Notes: generated from the letters alone by a model not told the origin. 38,991 bases of DNA from a virus (IMGVR_UViG_3300005512_000103:1-38991), one strand, 5' to 3'; positions 6,872 through 15,916 are shown, counted from the first letter of the stretch. Translations and numbers: made by a program.

Positions 6872-7443
6872 CCCATCAGCCGGGGCTCGGCCGCATCGCT
6901 GAACCGCGCCGATTTTTCCAGCCGCTCCGGCCCGTACCGTTCCCCCCTCGACCGCTTGCTCTCCGGCACGAAGAAGAAGCACGGCGCGTTGTATCGGAAC
7001 ACCATCACCGCACGGATGAAGCGCGACATGAACGGCACCAGTTCCCGAGACAGTTCCGACCCGCGAAGCTCTGGCGGCATGCAGAAGCCGCCGGTGAAGC
7101 AGGCCCGATCCGTGACCGTGTCGCCGATGGCCTTGGCGTTGCCGAGCAAGGTGATGCGTTGATCGCCCGCCAGTCCCCAGGCCGACAGGTGGTGTGTCAG
7201 CGTCCCGTCAAGCGCGAGCGCGACCCCCGCCATGGTGGCGACCGGACCTTCGGCGTTCTCGATCAGCCCGACCGACGCTTCGGCGTGCATGCCGGGCTTG
7301 AACGCTCCATAGGTATCGTATCCCCATGACTTCTGAATCCGCACCAGATCGTGGCGGAAGTCGCCGACGGATACCGTCAGCCCTCTTTCGCCGAGGGTTT
7401 CGTTGGCGCGTTCAAAGAACGCCTGGAAATCGGTCACGGACAA
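6826..7443 (-). CDS. putative GNAT-fold acyltransferase-like protein
   Basis: GGAGG RBS, GTG start; FTGGFCMPPELRGSELSR resembles acyl-CoA-binding motif A. Confidence 0.45.
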   Translation of the reverse strand: MSVTDFQAFFERANETLGERGLTVSVGDFRHDLVRIQKSWGYDTYGAFKPGMHAEASVGLIENAEGPVATMAGVALALDGTLTHHLSAWGLAGDQRITLLGNAKAIGDTVTDRACFTGGFCMPPELRGSELSRELVPFMSRFIRAVMVFRYNAPCFFFVPESKRSRGERYGPERLEKSARFSDAAEPRLMGYASPGFIVAAVGTG

Positions 7444-7640
7444 GATGCCTCCATCCCTTCTCGGTATATGATCAGATTGTCGATGGTGTCGGGCGTGTCG
7501 GACCGCGAGGGGCGCGTCAGCTCATCGTGCGCCTGGTGGAAGGCGCAGCCCGCGTCAATCGCGATAGTGGGCGTCCCGCAGCCCGTCAGCGCCAGGGCCG
7601 CGCAGAGCAGCCCGAGCGCGCTTGGTAGCAGCGTTCGCAT
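7434..7640 (-). CDS. o-spanin (Rz1-like lipoprotein)
   Basis: Lipobox LTG|C; overlaps 3' end of i-spanin in another frame. Confidence 0.8.
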   Translation of the reverse strand: MRTLLPSALGLLCAALALTGCGTPTIAIDAGCAFHQAHDELTRPSRSDTPDTIDNLIIYREGMEASCP

Positions 7641-7785
7641 CGTCTTCCCTCTCCTGCGAGGCAGCGGCTTGCTCGGCGACCTGCCGCGCCCTGCCCGCCG
7701 CCTCGATGTCCTTCCGGTTGACGAACTCCATGACGGCGCGCGCCAGATTGGCGAGGCCCGCCAGGAGCGACAGGACGCTGCTCAT
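7555..7785 (-). CDS. i-spanin (Rz-like)
   Basis: N-terminal hydrophobic anchor and Ala-rich helix; position after endolysin/holin. Confidence 0.7.
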   Translation of the reverse strand: MSSVLSLLAGLANLARAVMEFVNRKDIEAAGRARQVAEQAAASQEREDDANAATKRARAALRGPGADGLRDAHYRD

Positions 7786-7970
7786 TCCTTCGGCTTGCCG
7801 GGGTTGTCCGGCACGTCGATCGACAGCACCAGGGCCAGCTTGCGGAGCGCGGCAACGACCTTGTCGTCAGTCTGGGTCGGCGTCAGCTTGGCGACGCGAG
7901 AGGCGAGCACAATCACGATCCCGGCGATCACGCTGATTTCCATCCAATTGGTCTGCACGTATTCGATCAT
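7782..7970 (-). CDS. holin-like membrane protein
   Basis: TM segment then LTPTQTDDK motif seen in phage holin-like proteins. Confidence 0.65.
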   Translation of the reverse strand: MIEYVQTNWMEISVIAGIVIVLASRVAKLTPTQTDDKVVAALRKLALVLSIDVPDNPGKPKE

Positions 7971-7971
7971 G

Positions 7972-8430
7972 TCATGTCTCCAGTACATGCTTGCGGTATA
8001 GGGTCGCGAACTTCTCCGGGTCGCCCTTGCCGAGATGCGTGTTGTAGATGTCCTTCCAATACCGGCCCATGGCATCGGGGTCGGTGTGGCTCGGCAGGGG
8101 CTTCGGGGAGCGGTAGTAGACCAAGCGGCAGATGGCGGCGCCGTAGAGGGGGTTCGCCGTCAAGTCGTCGCCGACGTTCAGAAGCAGCTCGCCCACCAAG
8201 TCCCGCAGCCCGGATCTGTAGGCGAGGAAGTTCTGCACAACGTCGTCCTCGGTGGCGCGCTCGATCTGGAAAAGGCCACGGGCCGGACCGCCGCCGTGCT
8301 GCACCAGATACCGGAGCCCGCTTTCGACAACCGCCGTCCCGGTGACGAGATATTCCGCCGCCTCCGAGTGCATGCCGATATGATGCAGCGCAGGCCGCAC
8401 GACGTGGATACGGAACTGTGTCGGGTCCAT
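7972..8430 (-). CDS. endolysin (lysozyme-like fold)
   Basis: TAVVESG..YLVQ.GGGPARGLFQIE...YWK..YNT; lysis-module position. Confidence 0.75.
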   Translation of the reverse strand: MDPTQFRIHVVRPALHHIGMHSEAAEYLVTGTAVVESGLRYLVQHGGGPARGLFQIERATEDDVVQNFLAYRSGLRDLVGELLLNVGDDLTANPLYGAAICRLVYYRSPKPLPSHTDPDAMGRYWKDIYNTHLGKGDPEKFATLYRKHVLET

Positions 8431-8499
8431 GATGCCTCTCGCTTTGGGTGTGTTTAGGGCTTGCCAAGCACACTTTCGGGGCGGGAAAGTGTGGCAGCC

Positions 8500-8751
8500 C
8501 TACCCACCGTCTCGCTTGAACCGGGCGCACCCAACACGCTCCAGAACCGCCGCGATCACGCCGGGGGAGTGGACAGCGTTCGCGATCTCATCGAGAGCCG
8601 CCCGCAAGACAGCCGGGTCATTGCAGGGCGCCGCATCGGGGTCGTCCCATTCGATCAGATCGGAGAGATGGTGGAAGTCGTCGTTGACCAGCCGCGCGCC
8701 GTCCGGGACGGGCCTCCCCTTCTCCCAATACTGGAAAAGGCGGTCGCCCAT
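8500..8751 (-). CDS. hypothetical protein
   Basis: ORF in operon orientation. Confidence 0.4.
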   Translation of the reverse strand: MGDRLFQYWEKGRPVPDGARLVNDDFHHLSDLIEWDDPDAAPCNDPAVLRAALDEIANAVHSPGVIAAVLERVGCARFKRDGG

Positions 8752-8755
8752 GCCG

Positions 8756-8950
8756 CTACCCGGCGACGTTGAACAGGCGCTTGACCAAGTCGCCGATGGT
8801 GCCCTCGCCGAGCAGCAGCAATAAGAATATCCCGTAGAGCATCAACTCGACCCGCTTCAGCCGGGCCTCGACCCCGCGATACCGGGTCGCGCAGAGGTCA
8901 ACATGGGTGCCCAGGTCAACGCGTTCACTCTGGAACATGCCATCGCCCAT
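8756..8950 (-). CDS. holin-like/XhlA-like membrane protein
   Basis: HVDLCATRY...RLKRVE followed by TM segment; two in-frame Met (MGDGM). Confidence 0.6.
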   Translation of the reverse strand: MGDGMFQSERVDLGTHVDLCATRYRGVEARLKRVELMLYGIFLLLLLGEGTIGDLVKRLFNVAG

Positions 8951-8997
8951 CCGCTCACCCACCAGATATTGTCTGCATACCGGTCACCATGCGCTAT

Positions 8998-9026
8998 ATT
9001 ATGCGCCCCCGATCCTTATTTGTCAC
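8998..9026 (-). promoter_or_regulatory. candidate promoter for lysis module
   Basis: GTGACA-17 bp-CATAAT on minus strand. Confidence 0.55.
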
Positions 9027-9096
9027 GACAAATAACAACCGGAAGACGCGGCCACGTTGATTTTTCGCCGCCCGTCCCCAATTTGTCGTAACAAGT
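9016..9096. promoter_or_regulatory. two related palindromic operators
   Basis: ttatttgtc-ac-gacaaataa (9016-9035) and atttgtcgtaacaagt (9081-9096). Confidence 0.65.
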
Positions 9097-9127
9097 TTCA
9101 ACAGCGCGAGATGGTATTCTGGCCCGC

Positions 9128-9289
9128 ATGGGCAAACGTGGAGCACCGCCGGTTCACACCGGTCTCTTGCAGGTACGGATGGCACCGGAAACCCTGGAGA
9201 TAATCCGCAAACTTGCCCACCGTGAAGGCATCAGCACCAGCGAATGGGTACGCCGAGCGATCAAGGCCGCGATCCAGGAAGCGGACTAA
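9128..9289 (+). CDS. CopG/Arc-like ribbon-helix-helix protein (53 aa)
   Basis: MGKRGAPPVHTGLLQVRMAPETLEIIRKLAHREGISTSEWVRRAIKAAIQEAD; TGgTATTCT extended -10 seven nt upstream; absent from ORF track. Confidence 0.8.
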   Translation: MGKRGAPPVHTGLLQVRMAPETLEIIRKLAHREGISTSEWVRRAIKAAIQEAD

Positions 9290-9290
9290 C

Positions 9291-10061
9291 TCACGGCAGC
9301 GACAGCGACGGCTTGACCGCCTTCACCCCGGCGTAAACCTCGACCGCCTGTTGCTGCGACAGCGCGCTGTCCCAGAGGTATCCCAGATACCAACGCCCGT
9401 TGAACGGCAGCCCGAAAGCGCCCGCTCTATCGAGCAAGCAGAGTGCCGCTTGTGCGGAGTCCGAGCCCGTGAGCGCCACAGAGAAGGTGGACGACGCCGA
9501 CACTTCCACCGCCGATCCGTTCGATTGAACGAACCCCACGCCCGCGCCGTCACTGATCGAAATCAGGATGAAATAGTCCGTGCTCGTGGAGAAAGCATCG
9601 TCGGAGGTAATGGAAACTTCGTCTGAGCCGTCTTTCGAGATGCCCAACCTTAGATCGCCGGACGAATCCCAATAGCAATACACCTTGTCATCGCTGGCGC
9701 CGCCGCCGCCGGAGCCGGTGGAGAAAAGCACGTTCTGCGCCGAAAACGAACTTGGCGAACGCACGAGAAGGCCAATGGTATATTCCGCCCCGTTCTGGTG
9801 CATGGAGTCCATGAGCGCGGTGTTTGACGCTGGCGACAGCCCCCCCGCGCCCGTGATGTATCCGGCGGACCCGTCATCCGTGAACGACAGTCCGACGTTC
9901 GCCGAGATGTCCGAGTTCGAATCTCCGTTCTGGTCCGTGATTGTCGTTGCGACCGCGTCGATGTCCGGGTCCCAAATCACGGTCGGGTTGTGCAAGTCAG
10001 CCGTCGAGCCGCTTCCTCCGAACCCGGCCAAATGCGTTACGCTCAGCATCAGCTTGGCCAC
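9291..10061 (-). CDS. tail-associated protein with LamG/ConA-like domain
   Basis: Beta-rich, FNGR....LWDSALSQQQ..EVY C-terminal LamG pattern; LAGFGG N-terminus; start uncertain. Confidence 0.6.
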   Translation of the reverse strand: MAKLMLSVTHLAGFGGSGSTADLHNPTVIWDPDIDAVATTITDQNGDSNSDISANVGLSFTDDGSAGYITGAGGLSPASNTALMDSMHQNGAEYTIGLLVRSPSSFSAQNVLFSTGSGGGGASDDKVYCYWDSSGDLRLGISKDGSDEVSITSDDAFSTSTDYFILISISDGAGVGFVQSNGSAVEVSASSTFSVALTGSDSAQAALCLLDRAGAFGLPFNGRWYLGYLWDSALSQQQAVEVYAGVKAVKPSLSLP

Positions 10062-10606
10062 CCGGTTGTGATGTCGTAGTCGATCACGTCCTGTTCGTCA
10101 TCGAGCGCGTTGATCGCCACGGTGTGGTCGTACTCGTTCGCGCAACAGGCCGCGATATGGGCCTCGACCGCGTTATAGAGGGCGGTCGCGATGGCGAGGT
10201 TCGCTGTCAGCGCTGCCCCCGCGCGGGTGACGATCTTCTGCGTCCCCGTCGGGGTGACCTTCTCCCGAAGGTCCCGAAGCTCTTGTCGAACGTCGTGAGT
10301 GGTCCCCACGGCATAGTCCGTCGAGCTGATCGTGATGGTTGTTCCCTTGTCGCGCTCCTGCCGGAACTTGGCGGACAGAGCGTCGAGTTTCGCTGCCTTC
10401 AGATCGGCGAGGGATTTGGCGGTCTTCACCCAGGCGCGGGTCGATGCGTCCCAGGCCACCGTATGAAGGTTATCGAGTGCGGGCTTGTCCTGGAGGACCC
10501 AAACGAACCCTTTGACGGGCGACCCGACGGTCGATGGCGCCCCGACGAAAAAGCGGGTCTCTGCCAACGTCCCGTCGGAGTTGTTGTAGCGGTTGTAAAC
10601 TGGCAT
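10049..10606 (-). CDS. DUF4376-like tail fibre assembly protein
   Basis: LADLKAAKLDAL...HIAAC...AI.AL...ITTGWP. Confidence 0.7.
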   Translation of the reverse strand: MPVYNRYNNSDGTLAETRFFVGAPSTVGSPVKGFVWVLQDKPALDNLHTVAWDASTRAWVKTAKSLADLKAAKLDALSAKFRQERDKGTTITISSTDYAVGTTHDVRQELRDLREKVTPTGTQKIVTRAGAALTANLAIATALYNAVEAHIAACCANEYDHTVAINALDDEQDVIDYDITTGWPS

Positions 10607-10617
10607 CTCCGCGCTCC

Positions 10618-11709
10618 TTAGTCGTCGTTCGCTGCGTCAATGGTGAACAGCACCACAGCGCCGATCAGCTTGGCGTCGACGGCGAGTGTGTCGCTGCCGT
10701 TATCCGCGTCTCGATAGAGTTCGAGCACGATGAGGTCGCCCAGCGCCGGGCTCCCGGCAATGGTGATCGCCGACGTGGCCGAGGTGATGTAGAAATCTTC
10801 CGTGGTGCCGCCGGTGTCCGTGACAGCGACGGCCGAACCGAAGGAAGCATCGAGCGCGTCGTCATTTGACACCGCGACAGCACGGGCGCCCCAGACGACA
10901 GCGAAGTTTGTCGTTGTCGACGGGTGCTCCCAGAGAAAGATTACTTGGATGGTGCCACCGTCATACCCTTTGGGCAGATACAGGGGCATTTGCACGCCTT
11001 CGTCCGTCGTCGGGTCGAAGTTGTACGTCCGCACCATCACGTCGTTAGACGACAGTTCCGCCGTCGCGAGGGCGGCCCCGTTCGTCGTGCGCGCGATCAT
11101 GGAGCCCGCCGGCACCCAAATCGTTTGAGTCCCAAGAGGGTTCCTCGCCGAAGCGGAGGGCGTCCCAAGAAAAACGACGTTCGTGCCGTCATAGGTGAAC
11201 GCCAGCATTGAACTGGCCGGGAGGTCGCCCGCCTTCGGGTCCGTCCCGTCCAGAAGCTTGATGTTCTTTGCCCCGGAAATGCCGTTGAGCGCGATGGTGC
11301 AAGCGCCCGTGTTCGCGTTGCCGCTTTTCTTGACGAGAAAGACCTGGCCCGTGGCGTAGGCCGTGATCGCCGGAGACAGCGCCGCCACCAGGGCGTCCGC
11401 CGTGCCAGAGTCCGCTGCGTAGATGAGACCGCCATCCTGGATCTGCCCAACCGCCGGGTAGTTCGTGCGCGCGGTCGCATCACCAACTCCCGTATGGACG
11501 AATCCCCCCATGGGGAGCGCCGCCGTCGCGGCGTTCTGCCCGTCTTTGGTCAGGCAGTTATTGATCCCGGTTGCCAGATCCTGGTCGTGGTCGTCGTGGT
11601 CGTCGGTTCGGACCTTTCGGCCCGCCGCGTCCACGGCCGCCCACGCTGTCGTGCCGCTGGCAACGGCGCCGACTTGACGCGAAAATACACCGCTCCCGCT
11701 CCAAGGCAT
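10618..11709 (-). CDS. tail fibre/spike protein
   Basis: MPWSGSGVFSR, DLATGINNCLTKDGQ virion-anchor pattern; ANTGACTIALNG...YDGT fibre motif. Confidence 0.75.
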   Translation of the reverse strand: MPWSGSGVFSRQVGAVASGTTAWAAVDAAGRKVRTDDHDDHDQDLATGINNCLTKDGQNAATAALPMGGFVHTGVGDATARTNYPAVGQIQDGGLIYAADSGTADALVAALSPAITAYATGQVFLVKKSGNANTGACTIALNGISGAKNIKLLDGTDPKAGDLPASSMLAFTYDGTNVVFLGTPSASARNPLGTQTIWVPAGSMIARTTNGAALATAELSSNDVMVRTYNFDPTTDEGVQMPLYLPKGYDGGTIQVIFLWEHPSTTTNFAVVWGARAVAVSNDDALDASFGSAVAVTDTGGTTEDFYITSATSAITIAGSPALGDLIVLELYRDADNGSDTLAVDAKLIGAVVLFTIDAANDD

Positions 11710-11786
11710 GGCCCGGTCTCCTATGATGTTGGTTTTCGAGATGTGCGCCTCTAGCGAACAGGCGGGCGCGGGCCTACATTCCGTCT

Positions 11787-11891
11787 ATGCCACATGGACA
11801 GATGTTGATTGAGATCGTGATCTGGACGATCTGCGCCGGGCTTACTCTGTGGGGGCTGGCAAACCTATTGCTGTCGTTGTGGCCGTCGTAG
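11787..11891 (+). CDS. possible 34-aa membrane peptide (antisense moron)
   Basis: MPHGQMLIEIVIWTICAGLTLWGLANLLLSLWPS; TACATT six nt upstream. Confidence 0.35.
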   Translation: MPHGQMLIEIVIWTICAGLTLWGLANLLLSLWPS

Positions 11892-14376
11892 TCTTAAGGC
11901 GGCTCATCAGCCGTTCCACGATGCTCTCAATGTTTTTTGGGGTCGCTTCGCGCATCAAGTCTCGCGCAAGCCTCGGGTCCAGTAGCGCCTCGACCAAGAT
12001 TTCATCGATACGGTGATCCGCGCCCGCTAGCTTGTATACTCCGGCAACCGGCGTTGTGAACGTCCGCGCCATCGTGTTGTTCTGGTCGACCAGCCCGCCG
12101 GTCACGCGCGCGATGAGCCCGCCTGTCGACATGTCCTGCGGCGTGTTCGAACCCGCGCTTCGTCCCGCCGTTTGCACATAGTTGGCCCGGAACATATCGT
12201 CCGCGACAGCCTCAACCGCGCGCAATTGCTCCGGGGTGAATATGCGGCCAAGGGCGACACGATTTGCCGAAAGCATCCTGCGGAAGCTGTGGACGGAGAC
12301 CACGGCCTCGCCCGCCGCATCCGATGCGGCATGGCTTTCCGCCTGTTGCAACAGGCGTTGCGCCACGGTCCGTTGCAGCCCCGCCATCGCATCCGGGTCT
12401 TTCTTCACCGCGCCCAAGAGCCGTGTCAGCTCGCCTGGATTGGTTTTGGCTATCGCAAGCGCCCGGTCCACAGCCGTGTCCGGGTCTTGTTTCAAGAAGA
12501 GCGCCGCCGCCGACTTTTGGAAGTCCTGCAGCGCATTCTGCTGCTTGGTTGCCAGCCGCTCGGCAAACCCCGCCGCGTCGCCCGCGCCGCGCATCCTCTC
12601 CAAGAGGCCGGGGAACGGACGAAGGGCGGCATGATGCCGGTTGATCCATGCCTGCCATTTCTTCTGATCGATCATCCCGTCCGGCTTGAGAACGGCTTTG
12701 CGGAGGTCGTTGACGGCGAAGTCCTCGACCGCCTGCATCGCGGCCTTGTTGTCTCCAAGGGCTTCAACCAACTTCGCTACGTCGTCGGGGGCGCCTTTGG
12801 TCGCGTTGAAATACTGCCCCACAACCTCGGCGTCGCCGACGGCGGGCTCGCCGTAAGCGCGCTTCTGACCGACCGCCTTGGATGCGCCCTGTTCGAACCG
12901 GCTCCCCATATCCCGGCGAGCCTCGCGGGCGGCGGCGTAGCGGGCCGCTGATTCCGGGGCGAAGCCGCTAGACGCATTGCGCTCGATGTGGGCGATCACG
13001 GCTTCCCGAGCGCGCTTGGCAGTAGAGGCCAATGTGTTATCGCCCGCGCGGGCGGCTGTCCCTTGTATGGTTCCGAAGTCTTTTGCAATGGCGTCCAGGT
13101 CCGCAAACGCGACTTCGTCGGCGCTGCCGAGCCGGTCAACCACTTTCTTCAGTTCCGGCGGGACGCCATTGGTCGAACGACCGAATATCTGATTCACGTC
13201 GTCGGCGATCTCGGCGTGCAACGGGCGCGTGGCGAACCGAGAGGCGTCCTCTGGGTCCACACCACGGTAAAGCCGCGATACGCCTTGTCCCGCCGCCTTT
13301 TTAGCCGCCTCGAACTCTTCTCGCAGGATGCGCCCCGCCGCCTCCGGCCTCAGACCTTCACCGAGATCGGAAAGCCGGGCGGTTGCCCGCTCCATCGCGC
13401 GGTTCACAATGTCATCCGTCGCCCCCGTGAACTCGCGGAGCCGCTTGGCGATCTGGTCCGCGACGTTCTGTCCGGTTTGGCTGCCCTCGAAGTCAAGCGC
13501 GGCACGACGGGCCTGTGCGCTGGCCGCGTCTCTCGCCGCGAACGGCGCGGGGTGCTTGGCCCTCACGCCACGCTCAAGGCTTGCCAATCCAGCATCGGCC
13601 TGCCCGGCGGTCGGGTTCGCGCCTTCAACGCGGGGCGCCAATTTCTCAAGGGCCATGCCCGCGTCATCAACGTCGGTCGCGCGATCCCGCAGGACATTAC
13701 CGACGATGCGCCGTTGGCCACGCTCGGTCAGAGGCTCCAAGACTCCCGTTGCGGCACCCTTCCCGGCGCGCCAGCCGCCAGCAGAAAGAGACGGGATGGC
13801 GCCTGTCGTGATCCCCGCTGCCAGACCCGCGCCCAACTGCACCCATTCGTTGTCGGTGAACTCCCGAGCCACGGCGGTGCCGCCGCCAGCGGCCGTCTGT
13901 GCAGCCAACTGCGTGCCAGGGCGCGCCATCATCTCGGTAATCAAAGGCCCGGCGGGCTTCCCCGCCTTCAGCGCCGCTCCCGCCACCCCGTAGGGGAGCA
14001 CTGTCATTCCGGCGCCTTCGGCCAAGCCACCCGCGACCCGGCCCGCCGTTGTCTGCGGTTCGTACTCGTTGACCCCCAATGCGCTCAGGCCACGCTGGAT
14101 GCTTTTCGAGCCGCCGACCGGGTCTGTAATCGGGTCCATGCCCACGAGAGACCCGACAGCGTTAATCCCCATGGTGGCGAGATCGACCGGGGCTCCAAAG
14201 CCCTTTGCGATCCCGGCGTTGGCCTTGGACGCGACTGCGGTTGCTTCCGTGGCGAGCGTCGGGGACTGTTTTCCGAAAAGGCCACGTCGTTCCGCCTCTT
14301 CGAACATCGCCCGCATGTCCGGCGGGAGTAGCCCCCGGCGGTTCGCCTCGCGGAGCATTTCCACTTGGTCGCTCAT
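11842..14376 (-). CDS. large DNA ejection/internal virion protein
   Basis: 844 aa, Ala/Gly-rich N-terminus, helical, GSNT motif near C-terminus; podovirus ejection-gene position. Confidence 0.7.
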   Translation of the reverse strand: MSDQVEMLREANRRGLLPPDMRAMFEEAERRGLFGKQSPTLATEATAVASKANAGIAKGFGAPVDLATMGINAVGSLVGMDPITDPVGGSKSIQRGLSALGVNEYEPQTTAGRVAGGLAEGAGMTVLPYGVAGAALKAGKPAGPLITEMMARPGTQLAAQTAAGGGTAVAREFTDNEWVQLGAGLAAGITTGAIPSLSAGGWRAGKGAATGVLEPLTERGQRRIVGNVLRDRATDVDDAGMALEKLAPRVEGANPTAGQADAGLASLERGVRAKHPAPFAARDAASAQARRAALDFEGSQTGQNVADQIAKRLREFTGATDDIVNRAMERATARLSDLGEGLRPEAAGRILREEFEAAKKAAGQGVSRLYRGVDPEDASRFATRPLHAEIADDVNQIFGRSTNGVPPELKKVVDRLGSADEVAFADLDAIAKDFGTIQGTAARAGDNTLASTAKRAREAVIAHIERNASSGFAPESAARYAAAREARRDMGSRFEQGASKAVGQKRAYGEPAVGDAEVVGQYFNATKGAPDDVAKLVEALGDNKAAMQAVEDFAVNDLRKAVLKPDGMIDQKKWQAWINRHHAALRPFPGLLERMRGAGDAAGFAERLATKQQNALQDFQKSAAALFLKQDPDTAVDRALAIAKTNPGELTRLLGAVKKDPDAMAGLQRTVAQRLLQQAESHAASDAAGEAVVSVHSFRRMLSANRVALGRIFTPEQLRAVEAVADDMFRANYVQTAGRSAGSNTPQDMSTGGLIARVTGGLVDQNNTMARTFTTPVAGVYKLAGADHRIDEILVEALLDPRLARDLMREATPKNIESIVERLMSRLKTTTATTTAIGLPAPTE

Positions 14377-14435
14377 GCGGTGTCCTCTCAGAACGATGAA
14401 GGGCGTCTCGCGACGCCCAATCGTGCTTTTGCTCG

Positions 14436-15221
14436 TTAGGCCGACGGCTGGTCCGGTTTTCGTTTCCCGCCGTCGATCATGAAGATGTTCGTCTGCCCGC
14501 CGTGCGCTTCCACGAGTGCCTTGGCGATGCGATCCCAGCCACCTTCCAGGACCCAGTGCCGGACCGCCGCGCGGTCGAACAGCTTCACGCCGCGCACGTC
14601 ACGATGGACCTCGTACTCGCCCCGACGCTCACAGAACCGCGTCAGATCGTTCGAGATCATGCGGACGATACGGTGCCGACCCTTCTGCGGGACTTGACGG
14701 TCAACCGCCACCTGCAGCGCCGGAATGTGCGTCACGGCGCCGATGCGCGGGTCTCGGGCCAGACGTTCCTCGATCATCGCCGGGAGCGCCACTTCAAGCG
14801 CCTCGGTGAGCGCGGCGGGAAGCTGCTTGTTCAGGATGCCCTTGACCACGCCGCCGATGCTCTGGTTGGAGACCTCCGGCACCAGATGACCGCGACGCCA
14901 CGCCGTGAAAACCTCGATCAGCGCCCGGCGAACATCCTTGGCCTTCGGCGCCCGGCTGAGTTGGCAGACGCACAGAGCCTGCTCTTCGGTCAGGTGGTAT
15001 TCGGTGACGGTCTCAACCCGCCCCTTGCCGCTTTCGTATGGTGCACTCACCGCGTGCACCAATCCGTAGCCCTCGATCTCCTTGCGATTCCGCTCGATCA
15101 CGCCGCGAATATTGGTCGGGCGCTTCATGCCCAGACGGACGCCGAGGTCCGCATCGCGCACGGTCGGCTCGCCGTGCAGTTCAACGAGTTGCAGCCGGTC
15201 AGTGACAATCATATCGTTCAT
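14436..15221 (-). CDS. phage antirepressor-like protein
   Basis: EPTVRDADLG.RLG...IR.VIERN, EYHLTEEQAL......APKAK.VR..LIEVF.AWRRG. Confidence 0.75.
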   Translation of the reverse strand: MNDMIVTDRLQLVELHGEPTVRDADLGVRLGMKRPTNIRGVIERNRKEIEGYGLVHAVSAPYESGKGRVETVTEYHLTEEQALCVCQLSRAPKAKDVRRALIEVFTAWRRGHLVPEVSNQSIGGVVKGILNKQLPAALTEALEVALPAMIEERLARDPRIGAVTHIPALQVAVDRQVPQKGRHRIVRMISNDLTRFCERRGEYEVHRDVRGVKLFDRAAVRHWVLEGGWDRIAKALVEAHGGQTNIFMIDGGKRKPDQPSA

Positions 15222-15231
15222 TTCAGATAGT

Positions 15232-15306
15232 CTCCATCGGCGCCCGGTCAGCCACGCCCGGCGCGATTACAGGGGATGCGAAGTCGCATCACCGGGGCCG
15301 ATGGAG
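15232..15306 (-). promoter_or_regulatory. RBS-sequestering hairpin upstream of antirepressor
   Basis: Inverted repeat 15232-15248/15291-15306 includes the GGAG RBS; internal gatgcga/tcgcatc stem. Confidence 0.65.
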
Positions 15307-15460
15307 CCCTGATGTTCGCCTTCGCGCTCTATCCTCGTGGCCGCGAGGGATGTCATTGGTCAGACCCGCCAGCAGTGGCCGTCGCGGTCTACGAGAAAGG
15401 TTCCCGGCAACGGAGCCGGAGGAACCATCAGCCCGAACAGGCGGGCAACGAAGCGCCGGA

Positions 15461-15820
15461 TCATCGGGCCGCTCCCGCGCTCAACTTCTCCAAGTCGCGG
15501 AGAACGTGAACCGGCATCATGTCGACGATCGCGCCCCGCTCCACGAGTTCATCGATGGCGTCATCCGCCAGAGAGAGCCGCAACTTCGCTTCCAAGCCCG
15601 CGAATGATGTCGCAGGCGTCCCGGCGATCCGCTCCAAGAGCGCCGCCGTCTCCGCCTCCAGCGCCGCCCTGCGATCCGCCAGCATTTCCACTTCGCCCGC
15701 CGGGTCGACGCCTGCCGACCGGAGCGCCGCGACCTCTTCGTCAAGGTCGAGTTCCAACCGCACCAGGCTTTCGTATCGACGGGTCCAGTACGGGATCAGA
15801 TCGAGGTTGCCGGACATCAT
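15461..15820 (-). CDS. hypothetical protein
   Basis: GGAGG RBS; IAGTPATSFAGLEAKLR...VLRDLEKL motif frequent in alphaproteobacterial phages. Confidence 0.7.
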   Translation of the reverse strand: MMSGNLDLIPYWTRRYESLVRLELDLDEEVAALRSAGVDPAGEVEMLADRRAALEAETAALLERIAGTPATSFAGLEAKLRLSLADDAIDELVERGAIVDMMPVHVLRDLEKLSAGAAR

Positions 15821-15829
15821 GGCCTCCAT

Positions 15830-15910
15830 ATGTTGATCATGCCCATATTGAATATGATCAACATGACCATGTCAATGCGCATTGCGCACAGGAGGCACAG
15901 GCCCTATCTT
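15830..15910. promoter_or_regulatory. divergent promoter/operator region
   Basis: 11-bp perfect inverted repeat atgttgatcat/atgatcaacat (15830-15864); TTGACA on minus (15870-15875); TTGCGC-17-TATCTT on plus (15882-15910). Confidence 0.7.
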
Positions 15911-15916
15911 CCCAAA

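Noticed and set aside
8982-9009. dif-like site (minus strand GGGGCGCATAA resembles the E. coli XerC arm)
   Set aside because: XerD arm is poor (GCATGGTGACC) and the match is explained by the -10 element
11580-11606. ggtcgtggtcgtcgtggtcgtcgg short tandem repeat
   Set aside because: Encodes DDHDDHDQ in the tail fibre; coding low complexity
9291-11709. DGR or invertible tail-fibre cassette
   Set aside because: No duplicated TR/VR-like segment, reverse transcriptase or invertase seen
14401-14418. gggcgtc-gcga-gacgccc hairpin (minus strand) after the antirepressor
   Set aside because: Weak U-tract; ordinary terminator or stabiliser candidate, not called
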